Shown here piece after piece: positions 26,558 to 27,774 of a stretch of DNA of 27,774 nt (position 1 is the first letter of the stretch; each line of letters starts with the position of its first letter). The notes below the pieces were generated by a model. That model had not been told where the DNA came from, ran no database searches, and saw only the letters and a list, made by a program, of their open reading frames with translations. The DNA is from Candidatus Bathyarchaeia archaeon (GTDB taxonomy: Archaea > Thermoproteota > Bathyarchaeia > Bathyarchaeales > Bathycorpusculaceae), in NCBI GenBank assembly GCA_050012755.1, contig JBEKGO010000034.1, positions 1 through 27,774 of the forward strand, in the 5' to 3' direction. Both the position numbers and the translations under genes were made by a program.

Positions 26558-27562
26558 ATGCCGCAGCTCTCTCCCGAAACCATTTGGAACTTTAACGAAA
26601 AAGAACTCTTAAACCTGTTAGAATCAGGCTTCCCCACGCCAAAACGCAAAGAAATCCGTTTCTACGCGCCAGGCTTCACCTACTACAAAACAAAGCATTA
26701 CTGTTCTTCACCAAATAGTTTTCAAACGATTTCCATTACAGGTACAGCCTGCGCGTTAAAATGCAAACATTGCGGCGCCAAAGTCCTTGAAACTATGCAT
26801 CCAGCGCCTTCACCAAAAGAACTATTTGATTTATGCACCAAGCTTAAACAGAATGGCGCTGAAGGTTGTCTTGTCAGCGGTGGATGCCTGCCGGATGGTT
26901 CAGTTCCTATTGAACGGTTCGTGGGTACGCTTGGGAGGATTAAGCACGAGCTTGGTTTAACAGTCTTTGTCCATACAGGCATAATTAATTTTAAATCTGC
27001 TGTTTCGCTTAAGAAAGCTGGGATTGACGCAGCGTTAATAGATGTTATTGGATCAGCCGAAACGATAAGGAAGATTTACAACCTCAAAGTTACCCCGAAA
27101 GATTATGCTGACTCGCTTAAAGCATTAGACAAAGCGGAATTACCGTTTGTACCACATGTTATTGTCGGATTAAACGAGGGCAGACCAGACGGAGAACTAG
27201 AAGCACTCAAAATGATAAGCCAAGTTAAGCCTTCTGCTTTGGTGATAATAGCGTTCATGCCAATTCAAGACACAGACATGGCAAAAACCAAGCCGCCAAA
27301 ACCAGTAGACATAGCCAAAGTCGCTGCAATAACACGACTGATGTTTCCTGAGACCCCCCTGATTTTAGGTTGCATGAGACCTAAGGGTGCAGAGCGCGGC
27401 GCAACTGATGTTTTAGCGTTAAAAGCTGGGGTTGATGCCGTTGCATTTCCCAGCGAAGATGCAATTGAGTATGTGCAAAATGAACATTTTCAGTTTTCTT
27501 TTTCTTCCTTCTGCTGCGCACAAATGTACTTAGACGCTAATCAATCAAAAACGCGCCAATAA
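26558..27562 (+). CDS. Radical SAM protein, biotin-synthase-like archaeal family
   Basis: CxxxCxxC 'CALKCKHC', 'GCLVSGG', 'VHTG', 'PHVIVGL', 'LGCMRP'. Confidence 0.9.
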   Translation: MPQLSPETIWNFNEKELLNLLESGFPTPKRKEIRFYAPGFTYYKTKHYCSSPNSFQTISITGTACALKCKHCGAKVLETMHPAPSPKELFDLCTKLKQNGAEGCLVSGGCLPDGSVPIERFVGTLGRIKHELGLTVFVHTGIINFKSAVSLKKAGIDAALIDVIGSAETIRKIYNLKVTPKDYADSLKALDKAELPFVPHVIVGLNEGRPDGELEALKMISQVKPSALVIIAFMPIQDTDMAKTKPPKPVDIAKVAAITRLMFPETPLILGCMRPKGAERGATDVLALKAGVDAVAFPSEDAIEYVQNEHFQFSFSSFCCAQMYLDANQSKTRQ

Positions 27563-27658
27563 GATTATTTTTGTCAATCCAAAAAGATTCTCGGTCTTCA
27601 ATAATCTTAGCTTATAAAAACGAAAGGTTAATTTAGGCAAGAATGGAAGTAATGCTGG

Positions 27659-27774
27659 GTTTGCCGGTCAAAGGGCACGGGTTCCACCTGATCCCATACC
27701 GAACTCAGAAGTTAAACCGTGTTCCGTTTCCAGCTGTAGTGTGGTCTTAGGCCACGTGAACCTGGGAAAGCTGG
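27659..27774 (+). rRNA. rrf: 5S rRNA (3' end cut by the window edge)
   Basis: 'CACCTGATCCCATACCGAACTCAGAAGTTAAACC' 5S signature; own TATA (TTATAAA ~27612); not linked to 23S. 5' end approximate. Confidence 0.92.

Overview
This is an archaeal chromosomal window. TATA/BRE-style promoters, a stand-alone 5S rRNA and the gene style suggest a TACK/Bathyarchaeia-like host, which is inference only. The host left arm (1-3790) encodes an FtsX/MacB-type ABC permease, an ArsR-like regulator, a membrane protein and a secreted protein that probably starts at ATA. A ~21.7 kb integrated element (3844-25538) is bounded by a perfect 20-bp direct repeat equal to the 5' END of tRNA-Arg(TCG), which separates the tRNA from its native promoter. 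The element carries three tyrosine recombinases, a primase-polymerase/SF3 helicase with candidate internal iterons, and ParB with an internal palindrome. It also carries a GNAT toxin-antitoxin pair, a cluster of ribbon-helix-helix regulators, an ATPase-wHTH and two HEPN-motif proteins. No capsid or conjugation genes are recognisable, and several genes are interrupted. The host right arm has tRNA-Ile(GAT), a radical SAM gene and 5S rRNA. Between tRNA-Ile and the radical SAM gene lies an unexplained ~710-bp non-coding array, in which a conserved block alternates with four different 10-bp-periodic tandem repeats.
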